Below the pieces are notes generated by a model that saw only the letters and a program-made list of their open reading frames with translations, made no database searches and was not told where the DNA came from. This document shows positions 1 to 12,340 of a stretch of DNA of 64,000 bases, one piece after another. Each line of letters opens with the position of its first letter. The stretch's first letter is position 1. Position numbers and translations under genes: made by a program. Where the stretch lies: positions 1,674,001 to 1,738,000 of the forward strand of contig CP075496.1 in assembly GCA_021613535.1 (NCBI GenBank). Direction: 5' to 3'. Source of the DNA: Adineta vaga (Eukaryota > Animalia > Rotifera).

Positions 1-748
1 ACAAATATCATTAACTACTCATCCCGATGTTCAATTGATTATTTTCAATGATGGTACTAATGTTACTAGGAATCTTGATCCCGATGGTGATGGATGTGAT
101 CTTATATCAATTGATACTACAATGACTGTACTTTTAACTACTGGTAGATCAGCAACATTTTCATCGATCGGCGTTTCATCACCAAATGTCAATCAGATTG
201 ATGTTGCACTGTTTGATGAAATTTCAAATCGTCCTTTAATACAATCATCACCACACGGAATAATACGATCAGCACGAACTCTTAATCCAAGTATACAAAA
301 TTTACCTTTAAATCCAGCCAGTACAATAACTATTACTTTTTTGAGTACAACTGATGGACAACCACCACGCAATGTTAAACTATTAATCTATGCTTGTTTT
401 CCAACTACGAGTATAACATCGCCATCAGATGAATCAAACAGTTCTCCGGTAAGTAATCGCAGAATCTTCGATGATCTTATCAATTTAATGTATAATTGTC
501 ATTATATTTAGTATCAAAATCCATCCATTAAACCAATAAATATCTGCATTGATCCTTTTCAACCAGCTCAAGTAACATCCATAGGAAATACGGTACTAGA
601 TTTTTTTTATCTTCCAATTCCAGTTCTATTCTTCTTCTTCTAGCCATTACCTCCAGCATATTATTCATCAAGTCAATGTGTTTGTATTTGCCAAGATGGT
701 TTTATCATACCACAATCGAGCGGTGCTATTCAATACGATCGAAAATGA
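1..748 (+). CDS. 3' part of an uncharacterised, probably extracellular protein (5' end outside window)
   Basis: Open frame to 448, GT-AG introns 449-511 and 593-643, and phase-0 exons 512-592 and 644-748 ending ...QCVCICQDGFIIPQSSGAIQYDRK*. Contains a beta-rich domain ending TTDGQPPRNVKLLIYAC followed by an S/T/P linker. Confidence 0.6.
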
Positions 749-1866
749 CATAAGATACTATTGAATTTGAAAATGAAATAAAATAAATTCGTTTAATATA
801 TTTATGAATCATGTAGACATAGATGATAACTTTGATCCGAAAGATGTCGATAGAGAACAGTAGAAGTAAAATAATCCTTATATCGTTGCCGAGACAATGC
901 TCAACCGTCATGTCGGTCGACTTCAATCAGACTTTTACACAGAAGAAAAATTCTCATATCTATTAATCTTCATTTCAATCTCATTTTTTGGTTTTCTCTT
1001 CTTTTTCTTTTTGACAATAATTATTTTCAATTAATATTTTCTTTTCTTCTTTGTTCTCTTTTAAAGATTCGACGACAATTGTGACTATGTTCGTTTTAAT
1101 ATTACTCGAAATTCTATTACCGAAAGAAAACATCACCAAATTTCGAATAATTACCAACTACCAACATGTTAACGTAAGTACACAAAAACCAATGAGAGGG
1201 GAGAAGAAGAAAAACGCAGACTTATTAATCTTTTCTTTTTTCCAAATCAACGAGACATTATTGATGAACATGTTTTTATACATTGAGATGATCAAGGTTA
1301 GGATTTAAATGGAGAGTACAAAACGGATGAGAAGAGAATGAGAGAAAAAAAACGCAACTTTTCTTATATAAATAGAGTAGCAACAGCTACATCTCAAACT
1401 CTCACACCTTCTGTATGTTTTTTTTATTCTTTTTGAATGATCACTTATACAAATTCTTCTCGATCTCTTTCTTTTTTCTTCTTCTTCTTCTTATTCATGT
1501 TGATATTACGTCGATCAAACTCTCTGGATATATAAGTGCAACATCTCTCGTATCCCTATACACACGCATACAACTTCTTTGTCTTTTTGATTTTTTTTCC
1601 TCTTCAAGCTTTTATTATAAATGAACAAGAAGTGCACGTCTATTTAACGCTTTTTGTTTTTTCTGCCGTGTGCCTGATATATAATATATTTGCGTGTGAG
1701 TGTGGATACTAAAGAGAAATGTCTTATAAAAGTCAAGATATAAAACCTTGCCATTAGGTGGTCGGTCAACAAACAAAGAGGAGAAGAAACACGGAAGATT
1801 CATTATTACAATTTAAGCTGATGAGCACCAGCATTTCTATTCGATTGAACACGAACGATATTCAAA

Positions 1867-4800
1867 ATGTATCCAAAAAGTCGACGAAAAAAGCGTACAG
1901 ATAGTTTGCAAGTAACAACTGGCGAACGAAATTCTGATGAAGAAGAAGATGAAGGAGATGATGATGATAATTATCGAATGACTAAAACAAAAACTGTATC
2001 AAAATCCTCTAATCCTGTTCCAACTGCTTCCTTATCCAGTCTTGCAAGTAAGAATTACCATGTATTTTATATAAACAATCTCGTTTTTTTTATGTTAAAA
2101 TTTGTTCGATGTTTGCAGATGTAAAGCTTCTTGTCTGTTATTTCACTTCGAAATCGATTGGAATTAACATTGATGTTTTTATTGAATCGATTGAAAAACG
2201 TCTTTAGTTTATCATTTGTCCTTGTATAAAAGAATTCTTACTTTTTTGTTTAGTTTAATTGCTCTTAGAATGAAATTTCAAGTAGAGCAGAACTGAAACA
2301 TTTTTTAATTAAGCAGTTTGACGTCTCGCTCTATTCGTTGAAATGTTAACACAAAGAAAAGATTTTGATCATACATATTATTTGAACATCTATTAAGATG
2401 AAAACAAAAGTTCTTCTTCAATTCTTCTTTTAAAATCTTTTATATAGAAATCTTTTGATTTTCTTAGTGCCTACGGATCTTGATCATCATCGTCAATTAT
2501 CTCATTCAGCTGCTCTTCAAGTTGCACAAATACTCGAAAGTTCAAATCTTCAAGAAATTATTCAACTCGATTGGGTTGAACAAATTCAATACTTTGTTAC
2601 GGAACGTACACATTTGATCAATCAAGTAAAACTTATTTTCAATTATTTATCATTCGATCGAGTTTTCATCGTTTAGCTTGAACATATTCGAACACAATTT
2701 GATAAACAATATGAGTCCATAAAACGTCGTCTCGATGAAACGGAAACAGAAAATGAACGTCTTACAGCTCAAAATCGATCAGCAACAAAACAACTTCTTC
2801 TTTATAAAAATCTTATTGAAGCTCCTGAAAATTCCGATTCACCTACTCCGAAAAAAGATTATCAACAATTTAAATCTACAATTGAATCCATTGTCAAAGA
2901 AAATAGTCGTCTATATGCCGAATTACAAGAATTCAAAACCAGTGATCCTGTGTATGATCAAGTTAAATTATTAGAAACAGCTAATCGACATTTAAAACAA
3001 GAATTACTTCAAAGTTCCAATCAAAATACTCAATTGAAAAAATTCGTCAATATCGATGAAATAAAACATTTAAAGTCAAGTCTCGCGAAAGCATCCGATG
3101 AATGTGAACAATTAAGATTATTGAATAAAAAACTTATGAATGAAATTGATCATCAACGAACACAAAGTCCATCATCTAAACAGGTTTGTTAAACAAAAAT
3201 TCTCAAAACGTATATGTACTGAATTTCTTAGAGATTTCATTTGACTTTGAACATTTTATTTCATATTTGTTCACTAATAACAAATGTCAGATATGGTAAC
3301 CTTGTATTGATCGGGTTTCTTACGTACAGGTTAAAGAAAGCCTGAGAAGAAAAAGGAACTATATATCCTCTTTAATGTTTGTCATGATCATTGGCAATAT
3401 CTGATTTATCGAGACGATCGATGACCTTGTATAAAAGAAAGAAATCATTTTAATGAATGTTGATATAAAAGAAAAACTTTGAATCGAAACTTTCGTTTTG
3501 ATGAATATTTAAATAAGAAGGAAAAAAAAGAAAAAAGATTTGTCACATTGAAAATCTGATGTAATAAAAAAATTTGAATAAACTTTAATCAACATAAATA
3601 CATTAACGAGAAAAAGAAGAAAATTTGCATAGATTTATACAAGTGTTCAGGCGTTCGATGTCCTCTTATTGGATGAAATCTTCTATTCTCTCGTTTTTTT
3701 GTTATTTATACGATGAAAAGAAAAGAAACGAAGAGAAGTAGTCTCGACAATGACCAAATTAGGCTTTTTTTTCTTCATACTTGTCTTCGACATACAATGA
3801 GAGGAGAGAAACAAAAGATCATTATATTTTGTATTTGTTCTTTTATTGATTAACAATAAACTAAACTTGAAATCGTTCGTTTCTTCTAGTTACGAGTTTT
3901 TGTTCATCCATCAACTCAATCACAACATTCACCACGATTAAATATTAATCCATCATCACCTACATCAAATTCTAAACGAATCGATGAAAATACTTCATTA
4001 TTAACTATAGGAAATCTTCAACAATTTGATAAAACATCAACATCAGTCAATATTGCTGAATTACATGAACATGTTCAATTATTAGAACAAAAATTACAAC
4101 AACGTGATTATGAATTACAAACATTACAACATGAAATTGAAAAAGGTACAAGTTCAATAATGAGTTCTATTGAAGATCTTTGTGTGGCATCAAATTCTGT
4201 TTCTCCAACTCCACATTCTCCCACGATCAATTCTAAACTTATACGAAATCAATTACAACCAACAATTGAAGAATTACAAAATGAAATCGATCAATTACAT
4301 GATAAATTAGATGAATTAACTCGAGAAAATCAAACATTAAGAAATCGTACACAAGAATTCGACACAATTTATGAAGAAAATGAATATTTATATGCAGAAA
4401 AAAGTCATCGAAATGATGAATTTGAACGTGCACGAATACGTGAATTAGTTTTAGAACAAGAAATTCGTACATTAAAAGAACGTGAAAAAGAATTTCTTGT
4501 TACAAATGATTCGTCAAATGAAAATTCCAATGTTACACAATTGAAATTAAAAATTGAATGGTTACATCGAACAAATAATGAATTAGAACTTGAAAATGTT
4601 CGTGTTAATGAACAATTTGATTTATTGAATAAGAAATATCATGAAATTAAAAAAGAATCAAGAGAAAAAGATGAACGTTATAAACAAATTCTATCCATTG
4701 CAGAAAATCAACAAGAATTACCCGAAGTAAATCGAATGTTATTGTTTTCTTCTTCTTCTTCGTATTGAAACGTTTCTTTCGTTTAGGAATTAATTCGATT

Positions 4801-7476
4801 AGAAAAAGTTAAGATTCATATTGAACATCAAATGGAAAAAGAACGACAAGAATATGAAAAAACTCTTCGAAGCATGGAAGAACATAGTGAAAAACGCGAA
4901 CAGAAATATAGTGTAAGATAAATTATCAAAGACTTTGTTTTCTTTGTATATACACAGTAAGAACACACTAGAGAATCAATCACTAGGTCCGCCTAATTGT
5001 TTACACAGTACCTTTTGTCCATAGATAAAACATGTCTGTCCGTCGATTTTTCATTCAATCTAATTTATCATTTTAGACACTTTATGATACAATTCTTAAA
5101 CTTCAAAATGATTATCGTCAAAAAGAATTAGATTATGTTCAACAAATGGATGATGTTCTTAAACAACGTGGTGAACTTCATTTACAATTAACAGCAATTC
5201 AACAAGAAAATAAATCTTTAAAAGAAGAAGTTTGTTTCTACTAATCTTATTTTTATTTTCGACTGACCGTTTTCTTTTCTCGTATTTAGATTAAATCAAA
5301 AGAGGAAATCAATCGTGATCTTAAATTAGCATTAACATCATCGAATAATGATACTCAATCGACTTATAATCAATTACGTCAAGTTAATCTTAATCTTATT
5401 GAATTACAAGAAAAATACGATCGAGATATTGCAGAACGAAATAAACAAATTGAAATCTTAAGTAATCAACATAAACAAATAAAGGTAATGGAAAATAAAA
5501 TCTTTTCTTTTTCTATATTTAAATTTTTCAAATTTTAGACAAATCATGATGAAGGTTTATTAAAAACTCATCAAACTCTTATTCAATTGCAACATGACAA
5601 TAAACAATATGTAAATCAAATCGAAACATATCGATTAACTATGCAAAAACTTCAAGCAGAAGTTGATGAAAAAAGACACGTAAAATCAACAAAACAAAAT
5701 TTCCTTTAAATTTCCTTTCTTTTTCTCCTTCGTAGTTTATTGAACAAGTTCAAAATGATTTAACAGAACGATCTGCATTACATGTGAATATTAATAATCA
5801 ATTATCCCAAGAAAATAAAGCACGAATGACGAAAATCTCTGATTTAGAACAAGCACTTTCTCACGAACAACACCGAGTAAGAAATCTTTTGAAAATTTTC
5901 CGAAATTTATAAATAAAATATCGTAGAAAATGGAATATCAACGAACAATTCAAGATTTACAAATTGAATTATTAAAATCACGCGCAATAGCTAAAGAATC
6001 TTTAGAAAAAAGTCAAGAATTAGAACGACGTCTTCATGAAACAGATAAACATTTCGAAGATACGATGCGTAATCATCTCACTGAAACTACTGAACCAACA
6101 CGACGTGAATTAATGTCATTAAGAGCAGAATTAGTAACAAAATCTGATCAAGTCACACTTCTTCAATACGCGATCGATGAAGAAAAACTCAAACGGTATT
6201 AAATTCGATCATAAAATGTATGAATTCTCATTTTATTTGTTTTAGACAACGACTTGAAATGAAATTAAAACGATTAAAAGATGAATATATCAATGTTCGA
6301 AAAGAATTATACAATCGTATCGAAGAAAATAATTCACTTCAACATGAATTAGTTGAATGTCGTTTTAAAACTGATTATAATCTATACCTAACAAATCAAA
6401 CATTTAGTTCAATTAAATCTGTAGGAAGATTTGTTTGTATTCTTTTATGGAAATCTTTTTTCTGATGTTTTTATAGACAAATGAAAGTGAACCATCAACT
6501 GCAGTACAACTTTATCTGAAAGAGAAAACGGATAATCAACAATGGCAATTGAAATGTCGAACCTATCAACAAAAAGTCGAACAATTACAACGAAATTCAG
6601 AATTAACAAAAGAAAAATATAAAGAACGTTTACATGAAGAACGGTTTGTTTGTTTGTTTGTTTGGAATTTGATTTCATATATCTAATCGTTCTTTTAGAG
6701 AATTATACGAACGTACCAAACGAAAATATCTCGATCATTTGAAAAATGTTCAACGTGATCTTCATGAAACTCGACAATTATTAGAAAAAGATGCAGAACT
6801 AAAATTCAATCAAGAAACAGCATATCAACAATTAATCGATGAACGACGACAATTATTAACGAGGTATAATCCATTACAATCGATTACTGATGCTTCTATC
6901 CGCACTACTTCTTCTGCTATTGATCACATATATCCACGAGTGATTGATAATGTCACTTTTTATAGGCAAGTTTTTCCTCACTGCACTTCTTCTCTTCGAA
7001 TTCGCTGAGCTTGTGTTTGTCTTGGAAACTTAATTTTGATTTCGATTTTTTTTGTATTTGCTGAATTTTTCTTTGAATAGTATGGTTGATAAAGATGCTA
7101 AAGTTCGTGAAATGCGTCGTGAAAATCTTCTATTAACTTCGAAAATTCAATTATTGGAAGATCAAATGGAAAATTTAAATGAACGTGTTGATCGAACATT
7201 ACGTGAACGAAATCAATTTCGTCGAGAAATTGGAACTCTTCGATTAGATAGTAATCTTTCCATCGAAGTAAAAATTTCATCATATAATTTTTTCGAAAGA
7301 TTGTCAATTCGTTTTACTTTCAGACAGGATCTCGTTCATCGTCAAGTCCATCGCCCACTCGAGCAATAACTTCGATCGAAACAACAACAACAACAACAAC
7401 ACGAAATCAACCTGTTCATCATACAGAATCATTTGGTTTCGATAATATTCGTCAATATGAACTGACAAATTCATAG
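1867..7476 (+). CDS. Large multi-exon coiled-coil protein, possibly centrosomal/ciliary
   Basis: ATG 1867. More than a dozen exons joined by GT-AG introns encode long E/Q/K/L heptad-rich sequence. The last exon reads TGSRSSSS...YELTNS* with TAG at 7474-7476. No diagnostic domain recognised. Confidence 0.75.
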
Positions 7477-7711
7477 TTGACATTTTCTTTTCTTCTCAGG
7501 TTGTCTTAGCGAAATGTGTTTTCTTCTGTTTTTTGTTTGAAATTTTCTGAGATTTCGTCAGATATTTGTCTTCTTTTTTCGATTCCAATTTGTAGAATAT
7601 CATATAATTAGGTTATTTTTGTATTCTTACTGTGTGATGAACAAATAAATTGTATTCATATCAAGTGACGAAAAAACAGGAAGATTTTTTGCTTTTCAGA
7701 TTCGAAAAAGT

Positions 7712-10332
7712 ATGAGTTCAAGTTTAGTCACTCTTGCAAAAGAACTAAGTCGAACACGACCAGAAGAATTACCCGAAAAATTCTTACAACTTCAACGTAG
7801 GTTTTCATCTTTCTCCAAAGATTTTATCATTCGAAATGTCGTTTTTTTCTAAATCTAGAACTTCTACAACGAACAACATCAATCACTAGTCTTAAACATG
7901 AAATTATTTCACTTGATATTCTACCGATTTTATTACTAACACTTCGACAAGAATTTACAACTATTCCAAATGGATGGCGATTAGCTTCGATAAATCTTAG
8001 TCCACTAGCTTGGTAAGACTTTGTCTCTTTTCTATCGATTATCAAAGAGTTGTTTCATATAAAGTTCATGTATGTCCGTGGAAGTCGATAAGACAAATAC
8101 AAAAATTAAAACATGGTCAACGAAATTTTTCGATCGATATCTTCCACAAGGTATCGATAGTTTTATTTTACTTACACGACATTTACAAGATCGATGCATG
8201 CAAGAAAAGAAGGTTTGCAAAGATATTATCCTTTTCTTTATGTTTACTGTTGATTGGTTTAGTCTCATCTTCGTCAAGATTATATTACCTATATGACAAC
8301 AGTTCTGCATAATCTTCTTGAAGTATTAAATTTTCATTCGAATCAATATACATTGATTAAACAAGGTGAATAATTCGAAATTTTCTTCTATTGAAAAATT
8401 TCGTATTTTAGTTTTGGTTTCGAACAAATTTATGGAATTATTTCTGACTGATGATGTTTATATCTGTGCATTGGTAATTAATGGTTTCGAAGATATCGTA
8501 CGAAAGAGCAGGTTTGGATTTTGAAATGATAAAAGGAAAGTTTTATTTACTCGGATTTTAGACGATTAACTGGTTCAAGTGTATTTAATGAACTATCGAA
8601 TAAATTAAAACAAGATTATGTTAATGAACTTGCATATAAACTAACAGTTTTTGATAATGTTGATGTTGGAAAGTAAGTTCTCAAGTGAAACTTATTTTAT
8701 TCCTCTAGTTTATGTCAATTTTTAGAGCGGCTGTACGTGCTTTGATAGCTGTTTGTGAAACGGACTCAAGTATTGTTACTTTATTAGCGGATAAATTCAA
8801 GTAAATATGATGCCTTTTGATGGAAAATTCTATCGAAGTTTTGTGATTTGTTTGTTATTAATAGAGGTTTACCGACGATTCTTCAACGCTGGCAAGGTCG
8901 AGGTTTTGGTATGGATCTTCAAGATTTACTTGCAATTATACGACGTACTACGAGAGGTGGTCCGTATTCTCGAGAATATCAAGTAGAATTATTCATCATT
9001 AGTTTCATATTTTCATATAAATTAGATCATTTTAGAGAGAAAATTATGCTGCTAGTCGAATTCAAGCTTTATGGCGTGGTCATGCAACTCGAAAACGATT
9101 GACAAAAGCTAATCAAGCAATGACCCAATTTCAAACAAGTTTTAGGTTTAACTTTTTTCGTTTACTAGTATTCAATGAAAGATAAATAGATGATTGGTTT
9201 TCATTTTTACAGAAAGAGAAAATTAAAAGAACTTCAAATGAAAGAACGAGAACGTGAACGTGCTGAAGTTCAATATCAAGCAACACGTGAACATTATCGA
9301 CGTTTACGTCAATTCAAACTTGAACAAATGCAAGCAATTCATATATTACCAGCTTGTGAAATACATTTTTTTCTAAAATAAAAGAAAATGAAAGTTCTTT
9401 GTTTAGCGGAAATTGATAAATTTCTTGAAATTCAGCGTTTACAAAGTGCAACAAAAATTCAAGCAGCTTTTCGTGGTCATTTACAACGACGTAATTTAAT
9501 GAATGGTGGTCAGGATCGTTTGATAGCTGATCGTGCTGCACGTCGTATTCAACGAACATTTCGAAGTTATCGACAAAGAAAACAAGCCGAACTTGATCGT
9601 CGCCAAGAACGACTTCAATATATCAAACCAAGTATTCTTACCGAAGCCAAACGAGAAGAATTACTTGAACAAATCGATCAATGGAGAAGTGAAAGAGCAG
9701 TAAGTATAGAATTATTCGAGAGAAAATTTTCACATAGGATTTTTATTTTTAGCCAAGACCAATGTCGGATGAAGAATTTCAAGCACTTCATTCACGTTCA
9801 CAAGAAAGTCTTAATCGATATGTTACTACGAATCGAGCATGGCGTCGTATTGAACAACGACAACGTCTATTACTTCATATGCTGAATAATGATTCGGAAT
9901 TTCTTCTTACAAGTATGAAAACTAATCGACGTCATTTTGTTTTGTTGACAATAATGAATTTCTCTTTATTTAGATCATCCAAAATTGAAATCTGCATTAG
10001 ATACGACTGTTCAAACGAATTCATCATTGAATCATTTGGATAAAGCAGCAGCTTATTTAAATCATCCATCATCAGCTATTCGTTATCGTGCACGACAAGA
10101 TCATATTGAAGCATTGAAATATGCTCGAGCACCATGGTATAAAGCAATACAAATGGCTAATATGGATGAAGATGAAGAAGATGATGATGAACTTTTAAAT
10201 CGTATTGGTATAGATGATTTTGGACGAAATGACATTTTAAATAATCCAAATCGATATGAATATGAAAAACGAAAATTTCATCAATTTACGCCAAGTACAA
10301 CAAAATCATCATCAATTCAACGTTTACATTAG
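7712..10332 (+). CDS. IQCB1: IQ calmodulin-binding motif-containing protein 1 (nephrocystin-5) homolog
   Basis: Spliced ORF contains RWQGRGFG, IQ motifs AASRIQALWRGHATRKRL, SATKIQAAFRGHLQRR and AARRIQRTFRSY, and a C-terminal APWYK. This motif order matches IQCB1 as I recall it. Confidence 0.85.
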
Positions 10333-11286
10333 ACTTGATTTTTTAAAATACTTTCAAAGTAGAAGTTTTGTCCCAATAAATCAGGAATGATATGTATTAG
10401 TAGATAAATTATAGAAGATTAATTAACATCGAAAGAATGATAATCGTGAAATTTGAGTTTTCAATCGTTTTCAAATAATCTTTCTTTCGATTGGAGTGTT
10501 TCTATGTTCAAAAGCACGATAAAAACGAGTAAACTTCGTAGTGTTACAAATCGTAGATTTTACGAAAACATGTGTAAGTCTCCTAGGCAAAATGAAATCT
10601 AGTTAATAACACCAAAGCTAAACATATATAATCGTTTTCTAAACAAATCCTTTCTCCCTTCCCGGTCGAGATATTAATGTCATGCTCATAACCAGTATTT
10701 GTAACTTCTAAGACTTATTAAATGTTCCTATATCCTATTTGATTTTATATTAATCTTATCTGTTATAAGCATTAAAATATGAATATAGCTGACAAATCTT
10801 TTTCAGAGATTGCTGCGTAATTGAACAACTGGGACTACTGAATAAATAAATGATAACTAGAATCAATGTATAATACATAACCAAGCATAATGTGTGATTA
10901 TTATAGTTCATGACCTATTGTTCATTATTCAGTACAAACTAAAGTATTTTCTCATATGGTTTTGATGATACGCACGTAAAATAAAATATTTCTTTCGTTT
11001 GTATTGAAATACCCAATTCACAATCGATAGATGACGTTAGTATTCAACAAAATATAAACCTAATATTTCCATGGACTTCAATTGGTGTTCTTCGTTTCGA
11101 ACATATACATGCTTACTTACTTACTTCATATTGATCCCATAAAACAAGTAGTGGTAGTGTAATCAGTCTTGAACACATCATAACTGTTTATTTGCTCGTT
11201 TTCTTTTTCTTACAAATGAAACATTTACTGTATTATTTCGAAGATAAACATGTCGAAGATCTCGAATGAATTGTTCTAGATATAAA

Positions 11287-12207
11287 ATGTCGTCAACAAA
11301 ACCAAACGTTATATTTGTCTTGGGTGGACCAGGCGCTGGTAGATATCTATTTTGATCAATAAACTTCTATTTATTACATATTATTTGTATTTAGGTAAAG
11401 GCACACAATGTAGTCGAATTGCTGAAGTGGGTTAATTGTTATCTTTAGAATTCTATGTTTGAATTGTTTGTAGAAATTCGGATATGTTCATTTATCTGCC
11501 GGTGATCTTCTTCGTGAAGAAGCAGCTAAACCAGATTCAACATTAGGTAAAGAAATCAATGAACATATTACAAATGGTTCTATCGTACCTGTTGCTATCA
11601 CTTGCAAATTACTTGAAAATGTATATTTTCTCATTCGAATGAAATTCCCTTTGAGTGTCCTTTGTTTTTCATAAGAGGCAATGAATAATAATGGAAAAGA
11701 AAACTTCTTAATCGATGGTTTTCCACGAAATAAAGATAATGTTGATGGTTGGCAGAAAGCATTAGACGGAAAAGTGAATATTCAATGTGTCCTTTTCTTT
11801 GATTGTGATGAACAAGTAATGGGAAAATTTCTTCATTCGATTAACTTTAGAATTTTGTTTTCATTTGAATAGACGTGTGTTGTTCGATGTTTGGAACGTG
11901 GTAAAGCAAGTGGACGAACAGATGATAATGAAGAAAGTTTGAAAAAACGGTAGGAAAGAAAAAATTCGTTGTAGAAATAAATAAAATTGGGTATTTTAGA
12001 ATAGTGACTTATAATGAATCAACTCGTCCGGTTATTCAACTTTATGAAAAAGAAAATCTAGTCAAACGAATTGATGCATCACATGATGTTGACAAAGTAA
12101 ACTTCATGATCTTTGGTAAAGAAAATAATTTACATTTTGATTTTCTTATTTAGGTATTTGAAGATGTTTCCAATGTATTAACGAGTTTAAAATCAACAAA
12201 ACAATGA
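11287..12207 (+). CDS. CMPK1: UMP-CMP kinase
   Basis: [17 protein letters not shown]-loop, [18 protein letters not shown] and [14 protein letters not shown] across short GT-AG introns. Stop TGA at 12205-12207. Confidence 0.93.
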
Positions 12208-12340
12208 AACAATCTTTTTCATTGATAGTTTTCTTACTTATTTTAAAAAGTCTTTTTAAATACATCTCATTGATACACATGTTTGTTTTCGAAAAGAAAA
12301 ACGCATAGCAATTGTTTTTTGTCTTTCATTTCAGATAAAT

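Noticed and set aside
726-1803. Short F/L/I/K-rich ORFs in intergenic DNA (also near 18178-18430, 23172-23648, 29346-30118, 40870-41187, 55992-56388, 60057-60805)
   Set aside because: These are translations of AT-rich and purine/pyrimidine tracts with no motifs or coherent splice structure.
2119-2199. Open in-frame stretch after a TTGCAG acceptor in intron 1 of the coiled-coil gene
   Set aside because: Poor donor (GTCTTT) and a composition unlike the rest of the protein; unsupported.
10333-11286. Longer intergenic stretches (also 38450-39280, 41200-42250, 58024-58649) as transposon remnants or RNA genes
   Set aside because: No terminal repeats, transposase/RT motifs, tRNA cloverleaf or spliced-leader RNA sequence could be identified by eye.
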